Shown: piece by piece, positions 1 to 10,699 of the stretch | Numbering within the stretch: the first letter of the stretch is position 1 | How the letters are laid out: every line of letters begins with the position of its first letter | Source of the DNA: Nitrospirota bacterium | Lineage (GTDB): Bacteria > Nitrospirota > UBA9217 | Direction of reading: 5' to 3' | Assembly: GCA_963737155.1 (NCBI GenBank) | Contig: CAVTRN010000002.1 | Location: 2,432,001-2,496,000, forward strand | Length of the DNA: 64,000 bases | Translations under genes and position numbers: made by a program | The notes under the pieces: generated by a model | The model's database searches: none | Told to the model about the DNA's origin: nothing | Seen by the model: the letters and a program-made list of their open reading frames with translations, nothing else

Positions 1-611
1 ATCGAGTGCTCGAGATCCGCTCAGATGCCGGCCGCAATCTTTATCACGCCTGCACAGAGAAGCATAAAACCGTTTGAGTCCGTTGCGCAGTTGCAGGAAA
101 TGAACACACTGTCCGGAATCTACCTAGAATGCAAGCAGCGTACCGAATAATTTAACTTCTTTGTATACTCACTCTATGCCTATCAAGGCAAGACCAGAAA
201 TTCCTGCTGGATCAAAGACTACATTGACAGCTCGCAGCCTAGAAGACAGCAACTCGGGTATTTAAATCGGTTGAGAACTATGGATTCGACAACCACGGTA
301 AACTTTGGTCCAAAAAAAGGGCTGGTTGTCCTCACTTAAGAGCAAAAACAACAAGTCAGGGATACAATGGTGTGATGAACACATCGCGTGGTCCGGACTC
401 AGCCTGAAAATGGCGTCGCAGTCGCATCATGAAGCAGCACGTGGCCGATTTTTTAGCCAGCTTGGACTTGCACTAACGGGGTGAGCCAGAGACAGGGCTG
501 TTTGCTCGTTAAATACGGATCAACAACAACCAAGATTGGCAACCACGCTTCCATCGTCAAAAAGGGTATTGGCGCTGCCGTTAGAATCCTTTGCTTTAGC
601 CATGGGAGTGG

Positions 612-1070
612 TTAGCCTGCCTGCATCGCAACGGCCTTTACCATGTCTCGCTTACCGACAATTCCTACGACTTTGTTGTTTCTGAGGACCGGCAGAAGGT
701 GCACTTTCTTCTCAGACATGATCGTGGCGATGTCGACGAGCGATGTATCTTCCGCAATGGTGATGGCCTTGCGTGTGCAGATATCCTCCACTTTCGTTGC
801 GGTCAGCCGTCTTACCGCCTGTTCAAACTTCTTCGAGCTTTCGAGGTAGATAGCGGCATCGAGGAAACTGACAACCGTGGGAATGTGGAGGCGTTTGTTC
901 TGGCTGATGAGATCATTTTCCGTCACCATGCCATAGAGGTTGCCGGCTTCATCCAGAACGGGAACGCCGCTAATCTGGTTCTTCACCAACAGGGATGCGA
1001 GCTCTTCAACGGATGTAGCGGGTGCTACGGAGATCACATCTTTTGTCATGATGTCTTTTGCAGTAAGCAT
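612..1070 (-). CDS. CBS domain-containing protein
   Basis: Tandem CBS repeats (AKDIMTKDVISV...GVPVLD...GMVTENDL; LLPVL...VVGIVGKRDM); lies downstream of nnr. Confidence 0.9.
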   Translation of the reverse strand: MLTAKDIMTKDVISVAPATSVEELASLLVKNQISGVPVLDEAGNLYGMVTENDLISQNKRLHIPTVVSFLDAAIYLESSKKFEQAVRRLTATKVEDICTRKAITIAEDTSLVDIATIMSEKKVHLLPVLRNNKVVGIVGKRDMVKAVAMQAG

Positions 1071-1132
1071 TGAATCACCTCAAAAATTCGGCGTAACTGC
1101 CTATGAACAGAGCGGCTTCCGCCCTGTATTTT

Positions 1133-2704
1133 TCAAACATCTGCTGGAGCGGCATTTTCGCCGTTCCTCTGCATTTCTTGCATGGCTTGGGGAATTTTTT
1201 CTATAACGTCGCCTGCAATGAGCGATGCCTCACCCAATTCCCGAGCCGCGATATCGCCGGCCAAGCCGTGAAGATACACGCCGAGACAGGCTGCCTGCAC
1301 GGCTGACCGTCCCTGGGCGAGAAAACCGCCGATCATACCCGTGAGCACATCGCCAGTGCCTCCTGTGGCCATGCCCGGGTTTCCAGACGAGTTGATGAAA
1401 ATCTCGCCTTGGGGAGTTGCGATCACCGTCGCGGCACCTTTCAGAACAAGAACAACATTATAATCCTTTGCAAACCGGGCGGCAATGTTGATCCTGTCCT
1501 TTTGCACATCCGCTGCGGACAAGCTGAGCAACCGTCCCATTTCGCCGGGGTGGGGTGTGAGAATAACGGCAGCTTTCGCTTCCTTTAAAAGAGCCCTGTG
1601 CCCGACAAAGGCGTTCAGGCCATCCGCATCAATGACAAAAGGTATCCTCATGCGGGGAACAAGATTTCGTACGACTTGGGCTGACTCAAAATGAGTCGAA
1701 AGCCCGGGACCGATGGCGACAGCGCTCATTTTTTCCGCAGACCTGAGCAGTTCTTCCTCAGACGCGATGCCCAAGGTACCTTCCATACTTTCAGCAGCGG
1801 GAATGCACATGGCTTCAAAAATTTGGGACTGGATGATCGGGACAAGGCTGTTCGGCGTTGCAACGCTTACGAGTCCCGGACCTGTTCTGAGCGAACTCTT
1901 CGCCGCCATGACCGCGGCGCCGGCTTTGCCCGGGGAACCGGCGATGATCATGAGATGCCCGAAATCCCCTTTATGTGCGTCTGGTTTTCGCCGCGTGCTC
2001 GCCACCCTCGCGGTGGACCGATCCAGAATGCTTACCGACAGATTTTCTCTCTCCACAATCTCCAGGGGAATACCGATGTCTGCGACGCGAACCGTGCCGG
2101 CATGGTCTGCACCTGGATAGAGAACCAGACCTCGTTTGAGCAACGCCATGGTAACCGTGAGATCCGCCTTGATTGCCGTACCGAGTACAGCGCCTGTATC
2201 GGAATCAATGCCCGTGGGTATATCGACGGAGACCACCGGCTTGCCCGATGCATTTACCATGTTCACAGCCTGGGCATAGACGCCTTTCAAGGAAGAGGCA
2301 AGCCCTACGCCAAGCATGGCATCGACCAGGACATCGGACCACGAGATGAGCTGAGCAATGGATCGTGATGAAGCAGCTTGTTGAATCTCCACATCCATCT
2401 TGCGAAGAATGGAGAGGTTTATTTTCGCCTCACCGGTCACGGCGCTGAAGGGAGAAAGCAGGGCCACGCGCACCGGGACACCCCGAATGCGCATTCGACG
2501 GGCAAGTGCCAATCCGTCACCGCCGTTATTACCTTTGCCGCAGATGATTCCCGTCCGGACACCGGTGAGTCCATGAAAATATTTTTCCATCTCAGCCAGA
2601 ATGGCCGAGGCAGCGTTTTCCATCAGCACCGGCCCGGGAATCCCGAAGTCCTTAATTGCCCTGCGGTCGATATTTTTCATCTGTTGAGTGGTGACGATTT
2701 TCAT
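1133..2704 (-). CDS. nnr: Bifunctional NAD(P)H-hydrate epimerase/dehydratase (YjeF)
   Basis: YjeF_N motifs LMENA, CGKGNNGGDG, VDIPTG; carbohydrate-kinase-like motifs HKGDFG, VIDADGL, LTPHPGEM, GTGDVL. Confidence 0.95.
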   Translation of the reverse strand: MKIVTTQQMKNIDRRAIKDFGIPGPVLMENAASAILAEMEKYFHGLTGVRTGIICGKGNNGGDGLALARRMRIRGVPVRVALLSPFSAVTGEAKINLSILRKMDVEIQQAASSRSIAQLISWSDVLVDAMLGVGLASSLKGVYAQAVNMVNASGKPVVSVDIPTGIDSDTGAVLGTAIKADLTVTMALLKRGLVLYPGADHAGTVRVADIGIPLEIVERENLSVSILDRSTARVASTRRKPDAHKGDFGHLMIIAGSPGKAGAAVMAAKSSLRTGPGLVSVATPNSLVPIIQSQIFEAMCIPAAESMEGTLGIASEEELLRSAEKMSAVAIGPGLSTHFESAQVVRNLVPRMRIPFVIDADGLNAFVGHRALLKEAKAAVILTPHPGEMGRLLSLSAADVQKDRINIAARFAKDYNVVLVLKGAATVIATPQGEIFINSSGNPGMATGGTGDVLTGMIGGFLAQGRSAVQAACLGVYLHGLAGDIAARELGEASLIAGDVIEKIPQAMQEMQRNGENAAPADV

Positions 2705-2751
2705 GGGTTTACCTGTACTGGGTTCTGATTAAACGCCCCTTCCGCCCCTAA

Positions 2752-3156
2752 TCAGTGGTTTTCGCGGTTTGAATTCTGAGAACTACCAACGAGTACCACC
2801 TGTGCCACTGCATACCCCTCGTCATGAGAATAACTCAGGAGAACCTGTTTCACTCCTTTAAGATCCATAAGGTCTTTTACCCTGCCCGAGACGTTCACGA
2901 TCGGTCCGCCGCCCTCACCGTGCAGAATTTCCATATCCGTCCATTTTACACCGGCGCTCCACCCCGTGCCGATGGCTTTCAGGACCGCTTCTTTTGCTGC
3001 AAATCTGCCGGCATAGTGCTGGGCCGGGAATTTCTGCCGGGAGCAGTATTCTCGCTCGTTCTCCGTGAATACGCGCTCAAGAAAGCCGACACGTCCTTTC
3101 CCCGCCCGGTCGATACGGTCGATCTTTACCAGGTCAACTCCGATACCGATTATCAT
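2752..3156 (-). CDS. acpS: Holo-[acyl-carrier-protein] synthase
   Basis: GIGVDLV, RFAAKEAVLKAIGTG and SYSHD motifs; pdxJ-acpS-nnr synteny. Confidence 0.95.
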   Translation of the reverse strand: MIIGIGVDLVKIDRIDRAGKGRVGFLERVFTENEREYCSRQKFPAQHYAGRFAAKEAVLKAIGTGWSAGVKWTDMEILHGEGGGPIVNVSGRVKDLMDLKGVKQVLLSYSHDEGYAVAQVVLVGSSQNSNRENH

Positions 3157-3192
3157 GCTCCCCCCGTAATCAGCAATGCCAGGATTCGATAT

Positions 3193-3906
3193 TCAGACTA
3201 GCAGTTGTTTCATTTCACGCACTGCCCGGTCGATTCCCACAAGCGCAGCACGCGAGATAATGCTATGGCCAATATTCAACTCTTCCACTTCCGGGATGGC
3301 CATAATCCGCGCAACGTTGCTATAATTCAACCCATGCCCTGCGCCGACATGGAGCCCCAGGCTAGATGCAAGTTGTGCCGCTTCGGTAATCTTCGAGAAC
3401 TCCCGATTTTGCCCTTCTTTACCCCGCGCGTTTGCATAGGTTCCCGTATGGATTTCCACCCAATCGGCGCCGGCCTTCTTTGCTGCTGCAATCTGCTTCT
3501 CATCGGGGTCGACAAAAAGGCTGACAATAATGCCTGCTTCCCTGAGACGGCTGATATAGGATTTCATGAATTCGATCCGTGATGCTACCTCCAGACCACC
3601 TTCAGTCGTCAGCTCTTCCCGTTTTTCCGGCACCAGCGTCGAAAAGTCCGGTTTGATCTGCCGGGCAATGTGCTCCATCTCATCGGTTGCAGCCATTTCC
3701 ATGTTCAACTTGGTCTGAACGACTTCCCGCAGAATGCGCAGGTCCCTATCCTGAACATGTCTGCGGTCTTCTCGGAGATGCGCAATGATGCCCGATGCTC
3801 CGGCTAATTCGGCAAGCACTGCGGCTGCAATGGGATCAGGTTCCGTACCTTTCCTCGCCTGTCGTATTGTTGCAATATGATCAATATTCACCGACAACTT
3901 TGACAC
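3193..3906 (-). CDS. pdxJ: Pyridoxine 5'-phosphate synthase
   Basis: [40 protein letters not shown]; GTG start at 3906 follows GAGGAG. Confidence 0.96.
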   Translation of the reverse strand: MSKLSVNIDHIATIRQARKGTEPDPIAAAVLAELAGASGIIAHLREDRRHVQDRDLRILREVVQTKLNMEMAATDEMEHIARQIKPDFSTLVPEKREELTTEGGLEVASRIEFMKSYISRLREAGIIVSLFVDPDEKQIAAAKKAGADWVEIHTGTYANARGKEGQNREFSKITEAAQLASSLGLHVGAGHGLNYSNVARIMAIPEVEELNIGHSIISRAALVGIDRAVREMKQLLV

Positions 3907-4193
3907 TCGATCGCTCCTCGTCATACACATATATCATACGATGTTCTTTTTGATTTTATCATCTATCCGCCAAAATATCCAGAAAATTTGCGGCCAACAG
4001 CTCCCTAGGAATGGTCACGATCGCATCGACTATGACCGCAACAATGTGACTGTTACCTCAACCGAGCCAAAGCACAATGCTTTTCCTCCAGCGGCCCCGA
4101 TGGACTGATGAAATCGAAGCTTTATTCTGAGTTCATAGCAAGTGCGACTTCCAACTATAATTTTGAACTCATTAAGTTACACTTTGGACAGGA

Positions 4194-5090
4194 TCATCCT
4201 ACCCCCACCATTCTCTTTGCGGAGATAACTGTATTTTTGAGCAGAATAGCGATTGTTACCGGTCCGACTCCGCCAGGAACCGGCGTAATCATTGATACCT
4301 TTTTAGAGACTGCCTCGAAATCCACATCGCCAACGGTCAATCCGCCGGGCAGCACATTAATTCCAATATCAACAACGATTGCGCCGTCTTTCACCATGTC
4401 GGCTTTAATCAGACCTTGCTTTCCCGTAGCGGTGCATAGAATGTCCGCCTGCCTCGTTTCCGCGCCGAGGTCCTGTGTTTCGCGATGGCAGACGGTGACC
4501 GTAGCTTCCTTGGCCAGCATCATCATTGCCAGCGGCTTCCCCACTGCCAGGCTCTTGCCCACAATAACAACTTTCCTGCCCTTCGGATCGATGCCATAGT
4601 GTTCGAGCATCCGCATCACTCCATAGGGGGTGCAGGGAAGAAATGTGGGGCGCACCGTGAGATGGAAACCAGGTTCGAAGAGCTGCGTCGTGGACTCATC
4701 AGCCGAGAGCCGGCCTACGGATATGGCACCCTGCCCGTCCACGTCCTTTTCGGGCACAATGGCGTTCACGACTTTTCTTGTATCGATAGGACGAGGTAGC
4801 GGCATGAATACAAGAATGCCATTTACACGCTCATCATGATTCAGTGTCTTGATCAAGTTCAGAATCTCATTAACTGATGAAGATGACGGCAGCGAATAAT
4901 TGAATATATCGATCCCCGCTCGCACTGCCGCGCTCTGGATCGCCTGATAATACATATACGATGACTTTTCCTCACCTACCAGGACGAGAGCAAGACCTGC
5001 ACGTATCCCGTGTCTGGCAAGTCTGTCCGTTTCTTCCCGCACTGCAGCTACAATCTTTGAGAAAAGTTCTCCCCCCTTCATCCATTTCAT
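4194..5090 (-). CDS. folD: FolD-family methylenetetrahydrofolate dehydrogenase, divergent cyclohydrolase site
   Basis: KDVDG, PCTP, VTVCH, DIGIN, TPVPGGVGPVT motifs present; YxxxK and QLP motifs altered. Confidence 0.85.
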   Translation of the reverse strand: MKWMKGGELFSKIVAAVREETDRLARHGIRAGLALVLVGEEKSSYMYYQAIQSAAVRAGIDIFNYSLPSSSSVNEILNLIKTLNHDERVNGILVFMPLPRPIDTRKVVNAIVPEKDVDGQGAISVGRLSADESTTQLFEPGFHLTVRPTFLPCTPYGVMRMLEHYGIDPKGRKVVIVGKSLAVGKPLAMMMLAKEATVTVCHRETQDLGAETRQADILCTATGKQGLIKADMVKDGAIVVDIGINVLPGGLTVGDVDFEAVSKKVSMITPVPGGVGPVTIAILLKNTVISAKRMVGVG

Positions 5091-5428
5091 AGATCATCCT
5101 CCGCAATTGAATAATTTTATGTGAGATGGGAATTTCCCTCTCATCCTGTGACCTTCAATAGCTCCTGCTCAATACACTTTGGTTCGGGACACAGACGGAT
5201 ATTCAAGGAAGGAAACTTTGCAACCGGTTATAATTCCGGTGCCGAGCCCGCTGCATTCCGTATTTCTGCCTGCCCCATTTGCCCCCCGAGATTCGCTGCG
5301 ATATCCACTACGGTCGCCGTAATCGACGACATCACCAGAACAGGGATGATGATAAAATGCACAAGATATGCGTGGCTCATCCCCCTTGTATTTTATAATT
5401 CACAGCAAATGTAGCCGGTTTATTTCTA

Positions 5429-7039
5429 TCATTCCCGCAGACAGGCCGTATCTTTTCCCAGTGTGCTCGAGAAGTCTGCGATATAATGCCGTCTCTCCTC
5501 GTCATTCCATGAAAGCTCCCCTGCCGCAAGCCCCGCAATCTTTTCTATTTGCTTCGAGCCCCGCGAGCCTGTCGTGCCGAGGTGCATCCTGCGCAGGATG
5601 ATGTCAGACAGCGATCTGGCACCTTCTTCACGAATACTGAATAGAACCTGGGCATAGATGTCCCGGCTTTCCGGTGAGATCGTTTCTCCGAGAGCAGGAT
5701 CGGTTTTCACAAGTTCCAATAGCGAAACGGCACGAGCGCCATAAAAACCGATGAGATGGAGAACGAGTTCCTGCGGAACGCTATAGCGCGAGGTAATATC
5801 AGGAATAGCCTCACGCAAATATGTCCCATATTCCACAGGCAAACCACCGGCCAGTGGCTTCTGAGCGGTGATGCACTTTACTCTGTTTCCAAGGATTCTG
5901 CACGCTGCATCAACGACGTCCCTGGCCATATTGCGGTAGGTGGTGAGCTTTCCGCCGGCTATCGTGATAATCCTTCCCGATATTCCCTCCCTGATCACCC
6001 GGTGCTTGCGTGAAATCCTGGACTCCCGACCGCCGGCAAAAGCAAGCGGACGGATTCCCGCATAGGTGTAGAGGATCGTTTCGCGGCTAATGTTCAATCC
6101 CGGCAGGACACGCCTGCTCTCATTCAACAGATAATCAACATCCTCCTTTTCTGCATGGACTTCATCAATGTCTCCACCGAACCTCGTGTCAGTCGTCCCG
6201 ATGAGCGAATATGCTCCAAGAGGGATAATAAAAAACATCCGGTCGTCGCGTGACGTGACGAAAAGCGCCTGATCGGAGAGTTTCGGCATGACGAGATGGA
6301 TACCTTTCGTGGGATAGATTATTTTTTTATCGTTGATGTCCGCCTTCTCCCTCACAGTGTCTATCCACGGTCCGGCCGCGTTAATCAGAACTTTGGAACG
6401 GAAGGTTCTTACTTCCCTTGACAGCACATCTCGTGTCGTGACGATTACACCATCGCCCATGTCCTCTATCTTCTCTGCCCGAACGTAGTTCAGAAGTGTT
6501 GCGCCGGTTTCCCGCGCCGATACCACGTTTTCGATCACGAGCCGCTCGGGCATCCGAATCTGATGGTCATAAAAAACCGCGCTACCCCGGAGACCTTCCC
6601 GATTCAAACGCGGTTCAAAAACAAGAGTTTTATCGCGGCCCGATGTAAAATAATGGGGGATGTCTTTTTCATGGGACAGCAGATCATATAAATGGATCCC
6701 AATCGAGATCACGGCTTTGCCGTGAGGATCGCCCTGATAGATAGGGATCAGAATCGGCATTGGGTGGATGAGGTACGGCGCCTGCTCCCGGAGTATGGCC
6801 CGTTCACGGAGTGACTCAGACACGAGATCCACCTCGAAGTTGGCTAGGTATCTGAGACCGCCGTGGATCAGCCGCGTTGATTTAGAAGTAACCCCGGAAG
6901 CAAAATCGCCTTTTTCAAGAAGCAGGCAGGACAGGCCTCGGAGCGCGGCGTCACGTGCAACTCCTGCACCGGTAATGCCGCCTCCGATGACGATAAGGTC
7001 GAACAGGAAATTACTGTCAGGGAAGCAATTCAGGTTCAT
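5429..7039 (-). CDS. glpD: FAD-dependent glycerol-3-phosphate dehydrogenase/oxidase
   Basis: IGGGITGAG, SKSTRLIHGGLRYL, NAAGPW, YAGIRPL, GGKLTTYRNMA. Confidence 0.92.
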   Translation of the reverse strand: MNLNCFPDSNFLFDLIVIGGGITGAGVARDAALRGLSCLLLEKGDFASGVTSKSTRLIHGGLRYLANFEVDLVSESLRERAILREQAPYLIHPMPILIPIYQGDPHGKAVISIGIHLYDLLSHEKDIPHYFTSGRDKTLVFEPRLNREGLRGSAVFYDHQIRMPERLVIENVVSARETGATLLNYVRAEKIEDMGDGVIVTTRDVLSREVRTFRSKVLINAAGPWIDTVREKADINDKKIIYPTKGIHLVMPKLSDQALFVTSRDDRMFFIIPLGAYSLIGTTDTRFGGDIDEVHAEKEDVDYLLNESRRVLPGLNISRETILYTYAGIRPLAFAGGRESRISRKHRVIREGISGRIITIAGGKLTTYRNMARDVVDAACRILGNRVKCITAQKPLAGGLPVEYGTYLREAIPDITSRYSVPQELVLHLIGFYGARAVSLLELVKTDPALGETISPESRDIYAQVLFSIREEGARSLSDIILRRMHLGTTGSRGSKQIEKIAGLAAGELSWNDEERRHYIADFSSTLGKDTACLRE

Positions 7040-7147
7040 GTTGTATTACACCTATGCAAGCCTGGCAGATGAAATCCGAGACGATGCAGGCCGGAAAACT
7101 GATCTTGGCGGCTTCGGATGCCTACCGTTTCCTGCATGCCAGTGCTG

Positions 7148-7858
7148 TTAGTTCCCGGAAGAATATCGTAGCTTTTCTATCAGGCTTTTCAATTTCCCGG
7201 GCTTGTTGGAATAGATTCCGTCCACTTTACAAGAAATCATTTTTTTCATATCTTCTTCGTCATCCACAGTCCAGACATACACCTGAATCCCCTGCTCGTG
7301 ACAACTTTCGACAAGTTTCTCGCTAATGGTCATTTTCCTCAGACTGATTATCTTATAACCTCTTGCGCTGTATGAAAGGACATCGTGCGAATGGAAAACG
7401 TCGAAGATCATCGATGTTGGTAGCGCGGGCAAAACGCGACGCACGGCGAGGAGTTCACTCTCTTTGAAAGACGACACGAGCACATAGCCATGGTAATCGG
7501 AAGATGCGAGATATTTTGCGATTAACAATCCCGCACCATCACTCTTGATTTCCAGATTCAATCCCGCCTTGCCTGTGATGATATTGACCACATCGGCCAG
7601 CGTTGGAACATGCTCTCCGTTTTTCAGCTTGACTCGTGCAATCGCGTCGGAGGCGGATTTCTCGATGTCAATATTTTTTCCCGCCGTTCTTAGTGTGGTT
7701 TTATCGTGCATTACATAAAGCATGTTGTCGCGGCTTTTGCGGATATCGATCTCGATCATGTCAGCTGGATAGGAAAGCGCATGATGAATTGCTTCCATGG
7801 AATTTTCAAGGGCTGTGGATGGGTCACCGCGGTGAGCGATCACAAGAGGAAAGTTCAT
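7148..7858 (-). CDS. Glycerophosphodiester phosphodiesterase
   Basis: IAHRG...EN, IEIDI, VMHD, NLEIK, VWTVD motifs. Confidence 0.93.
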   Translation of the reverse strand: MNFPLVIAHRGDPSTALENSMEAIHHALSYPADMIEIDIRKSRDNMLYVMHDKTTLRTAGKNIDIEKSASDAIARVKLKNGEHVPTLADVVNIITGKAGLNLEIKSDGAGLLIAKYLASSDYHGYVLVSSFKESELLAVRRVLPALPTSMIFDVFHSHDVLSYSARGYKIISLRKMTISEKLVESCHEQGIQVYVWTVDDEEDMKKMISCKVDGIYSNKPGKLKSLIEKLRYSSGN

Positions 7859-7866
7859 TATTATTT

Positions 7867-7894
7867 ATTATACCCAAAAACACGAAAACCGCAA
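7867..7894 (-). promoter_or_regulatory. Putative sigma70 promoter, near-leaderless, of the GDPD gene
   Basis: TTGCGG-16bp-TATAAT ends 8 nt before the ATG; no Shine-Dalgarno. Confidence 0.5.
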
Positions 7895-7942
7895 CTGGAG
7901 GAACGTGGAAGGAAGGACTGGCATGCTGTGAAACGATACGCA

Positions 7943-8893
7943 CTATCCCGAGCCCGACATCTTTTTGACTATTTTTTCTTTGATGGATCTGATCTGGTCC
8001 ACTAGCTTTCTCTGCGGAATGCGGGCCCGATGGATTAACGCCCGAATTGTAATAAGCTTCTCCAGCGTGGCTGTCTCCCCCTGTTTGAACAGGTCCCGGG
8101 GCTTGCTGAAATCAGCCCAAAGCGTTTCGCCTACGGCAGGATGAATGACTACATCCGCATCCTTAGCCATAAGCTCGTTTAAATAAATTCGCGATACCGC
8201 ATCAGCACGAAGAATAATATCCAGCCCGGACTTTTCTTCAAAAGTGGCAACATCGTTTGACACATCCACGGCAATAACGATGTCCGCGCCCATATCCCGG
8301 CCGCAGAACACGGGAATACGTTCGACCCATCCTCCGTCCACAAGCAGCATGCCATTGTCATTTACCGGCGGGAAAATACCGGGGAGGGCGCAGCTTGCGC
8401 TTACTGCGGTACGCAGTCTACCTGTCGTGTACATGACACGCTTCCCGTTCCGGATGTCTGTTGCGACACAACTGAAAGGAATTCTGGTTTGTTCTATCGC
8501 GATATCGGGAATGAGCGGGTAGATGAGATCTTCATATTCCTTTTCTCCGATAAACGCCGGCTTCGTTGCCGTTACCCCCCAGAAATATCCCTTGCGGACC
8601 AGGGTCGACATGTCGCTGAAAAAGCCACGGTTGTTGTCAGGCTGTTCAAGTTTCCGGAGAAATTCAAGCCGAGTTTTTCGTGATCGGTAGCTGCGCAGAT
8701 ACTGTTCCACCCACTCCATCCAGTGGGAAGCATCGGGCTGCGATGCATACTGTGCACCGATTAGCGCGCCGAGGCTCGTGCCGGCGATCATGTGGACGGG
8801 GATTTTGGCGTCCTCCAGAACCTTGAGCACGCCCAGATGAGCAAGCCCCCTGGCCGCCCCTCCACCCAGTGCAAGACAAATCTTAGGTTCCAT
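7943..8893 (-). CDS. Patatin-like phospholipase
   Basis: GGGAARG glycine loop, GTSLG nucleophile elbow, DGG motif. Confidence 0.93.
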   Translation of the reverse strand: MEPKICLALGGGAARGLAHLGVLKVLEDAKIPVHMIAGTSLGALIGAQYASQPDASHWMEWVEQYLRSYRSRKTRLEFLRKLEQPDNNRGFFSDMSTLVRKGYFWGVTATKPAFIGEKEYEDLIYPLIPDIAIEQTRIPFSCVATDIRNGKRVMYTTGRLRTAVSASCALPGIFPPVNDNGMLLVDGGWVERIPVFCGRDMGADIVIAVDVSNDVATFEEKSGLDIILRADAVSRIYLNELMAKDADVVIHPAVGETLWADFSKPRDLFKQGETATLEKLITIRALIHRARIPQRKLVDQIRSIKEKIVKKMSGSG

Positions 8894-8964
8894 CAGATGT
8901 TCCTTATTCGGGGAAACGTGGTGTCACAATACATCATTCGGTCAAATAATAGCATCAGTCCCCA

Positions 8965-9025
8965 TCAGTGTAAAGCGTTTTCACTGAACAAATTCTTGAC
9001 AAGTAGACGTCCACCATGGTATGTT
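8965..9025 (+). promoter_or_regulatory. Promoter and palindromic operator candidate of the wHTH regulator
   Basis: Inverted repeat TCAGTGtAAAgcgTTTtCACTGA (8965-8987); TTGACA (8996-9001); TGnTATGTT (9017-9025) 6 nt before ATG 9032. Confidence 0.55.
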
Positions 9026-9031
9026 CACTAT

Positions 9032-9658
9032 ATGAACATTGAACGCCCCTCCCAAGCTGGAACTGACCAGTACCGCTCCTTGCAAATCCTCGACGAGCTT
9101 TCGGGCAACGATTCACTCACACAACGCGACCTAAGCAGTCGTCTCGGCATTGCCCTTGGCCTAGTCAATTCTTATATCAAAAACCTTGTAGCAAAAGGAT
9201 ATATCACGATCAAGACCATTCCTTCGAAGCGGTATGCCTATTATCTGACACCCAAAGGCTTTACCGAAAAAACTCACCTCACCTACCACCTGCTCCAGGA
9301 CTACACACGCATCTATCGCGAGGCGCGAGTAAACTTTAAATTATTGTTCCGTGACCTAGAGATTAAAGGTGCACAGAAAATTGTTTTTGCCGGAGCTGAC
9401 GAGGTTGCTGAAATCGCTTATATTACTTCACAGGAAACGGGCTTGAGACTTGTCGGCGTGCTGGATGATGAGAAAGCTGGTGAAAAGTTCTTTGGCATAG
9501 CCATCAAACCATTAAAAGATGCCTATGCTTTAGACTACGACATCATCGTAGTGACTTCCTATCTCAACAGAAAAACGATTTACCAGGAATTAATCGCCGC
9601 TAATGTGGAGAAGAAGAATATCCAAGTCATATTTTCGCGTAAAAATGATCACCTATGA
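9032..9658 (+). CDS. EPS-associated MarR-like winged-HTH regulator with C-terminal Rossmann-like domain
   Basis: TQRDLSSRLGIALGLVNSYIK...YYLTPKG.EK motif; first gene of the glycan locus; ATG at 9032 preferred over the longer ORF start. Confidence 0.85.
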   Translation: MNIERPSQAGTDQYRSLQILDELSGNDSLTQRDLSSRLGIALGLVNSYIKNLVAKGYITIKTIPSKRYAYYLTPKGFTEKTHLTYHLLQDYTRIYREARVNFKLLFRDLEIKGAQKIVFAGADEVAEIAYITSQETGLRLVGVLDDEKAGEKFFGIAIKPLKDAYALDYDIIVVTSYLNRKTIYQELIAANVEKKNIQVIFSRKNDHL

Positions 9659-9670
9659 TGCATCAATAAA

Positions 9671-10672
9671 TTGAGCGAACACAACTTGATGATGGGCAGT
9701 ACCGATTTAGGGATGGAGCAATTGGATTACACTAACCTCAAAGTATTCGTAGCCGGACATAAGGGGCTTGTAGGAAGCGCCTTGGTAAGGCGTTTGACAG
9801 CTTGCGGCTACCGGAACATCATCACCGCTGGCCGCGATGAGTTGGATCTCTTGAATCATTCGGCAGTGAACGATTTTTTTCGTTTAAAGCGGCCTGATAT
9901 TGTTTACCTTGCCGCAGCCAAGGTTGGAGGCATCTATTCAAATAATACCTATCCTGCGGACTTCATACTGGAAAATTTAAAAGTCCAAAATAACGTTATC
10001 GAGTTTGCCTGGCGATATGGTGTTCAGAAACTGCTATTTCTCGGCTCTAGCTGTGTTTACCCTAAGATGGCTCCGCAACCGATTAAAGAAGAATATTTGC
10101 TGACATCTTCACTCGAACCGACGAATGAACCTTATGCCATCGCAAAAATAGCAGGTATAAAACTGTGCGGCGCTTTGAATAGACAATATGGAACGAACTT
10201 TATCTCCGTGATGCCGACGAATTTGTATGGACCCAACGATAACTATCATCCGAAAAACGCTCATGTAATCCCGATGCTCTTACGGCGGTTTCATGAAGCA
10301 AAGATCAACGGACAGTCATCGGTAACAGTATGGGGAACAGGCATGCCCCGCCGCGAGTTCATGTATGTTGATGATATGGCTGAAGCATGCGTATTTCTCA
10401 TGGAAAATTTTTCTGATAAGGATATCGGCGAGTTGATAAATATCGGCACGGGAGAAGACTGCACGATCCGGGAACTGGCAGATTTTATAAAAAAGACCGT
10501 TGGATTCAGTGGTGAGATTAAATTTGACACTACCAAGCCGGACGGAACACCGCGCAAACTCATAGATGTTTCCCGACTGCACCTGTTGGGGTGGCGCCAT
10601 AAAATATCTCTGCAGGAAGGTCTTGCTAAAGCTTATGAAGATTTTTTCACAAACTCCTCCATCCTGAAATAG
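9671..10672 (+). CDS. fcl: GDP-L-fucose synthase
   Basis: [51 protein letters not shown]. Confidence 0.96.
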   Translation: MSEHNLMMGSTDLGMEQLDYTNLKVFVAGHKGLVGSALVRRLTACGYRNIITAGRDELDLLNHSAVNDFFRLKRPDIVYLAAAKVGGIYSNNTYPADFILENLKVQNNVIEFAWRYGVQKLLFLGSSCVYPKMAPQPIKEEYLLTSSLEPTNEPYAIAKIAGIKLCGALNRQYGTNFISVMPTNLYGPNDNYHPKNAHVIPMLLRRFHEAKINGQSSVTVWGTGMPRREFMYVDDMAEACVFLMENFSDKDIGELINIGTGEDCTIRELADFIKKTVGFSGEIKFDTTKPDGTPRKLIDVSRLHLLGWRHKISLQEGLAKAYEDFFTNSSILK

Positions 10673-10699
10673 AAAAATTCAAGAGACCGTTCTCCATAG

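Noticed and set aside
1-611. ORF-free stretch after the CBS gene, where tsaE is often found
   Set aside because: No tsaE P-loop or other recognisable motif seen by eye.
5228-5380. 50-codon minus-strand ORF with SD-like AAGGGGG, or a riboswitch upstream of folD
   Set aside because: No recognisable domain; no ZTP/THF riboswitch consensus seen.
8792-9031. Long N-terminal extension of the regulator ORF
   Set aside because: Overlaps patatin on the opposite strand; promoter position favours ATG 9032.
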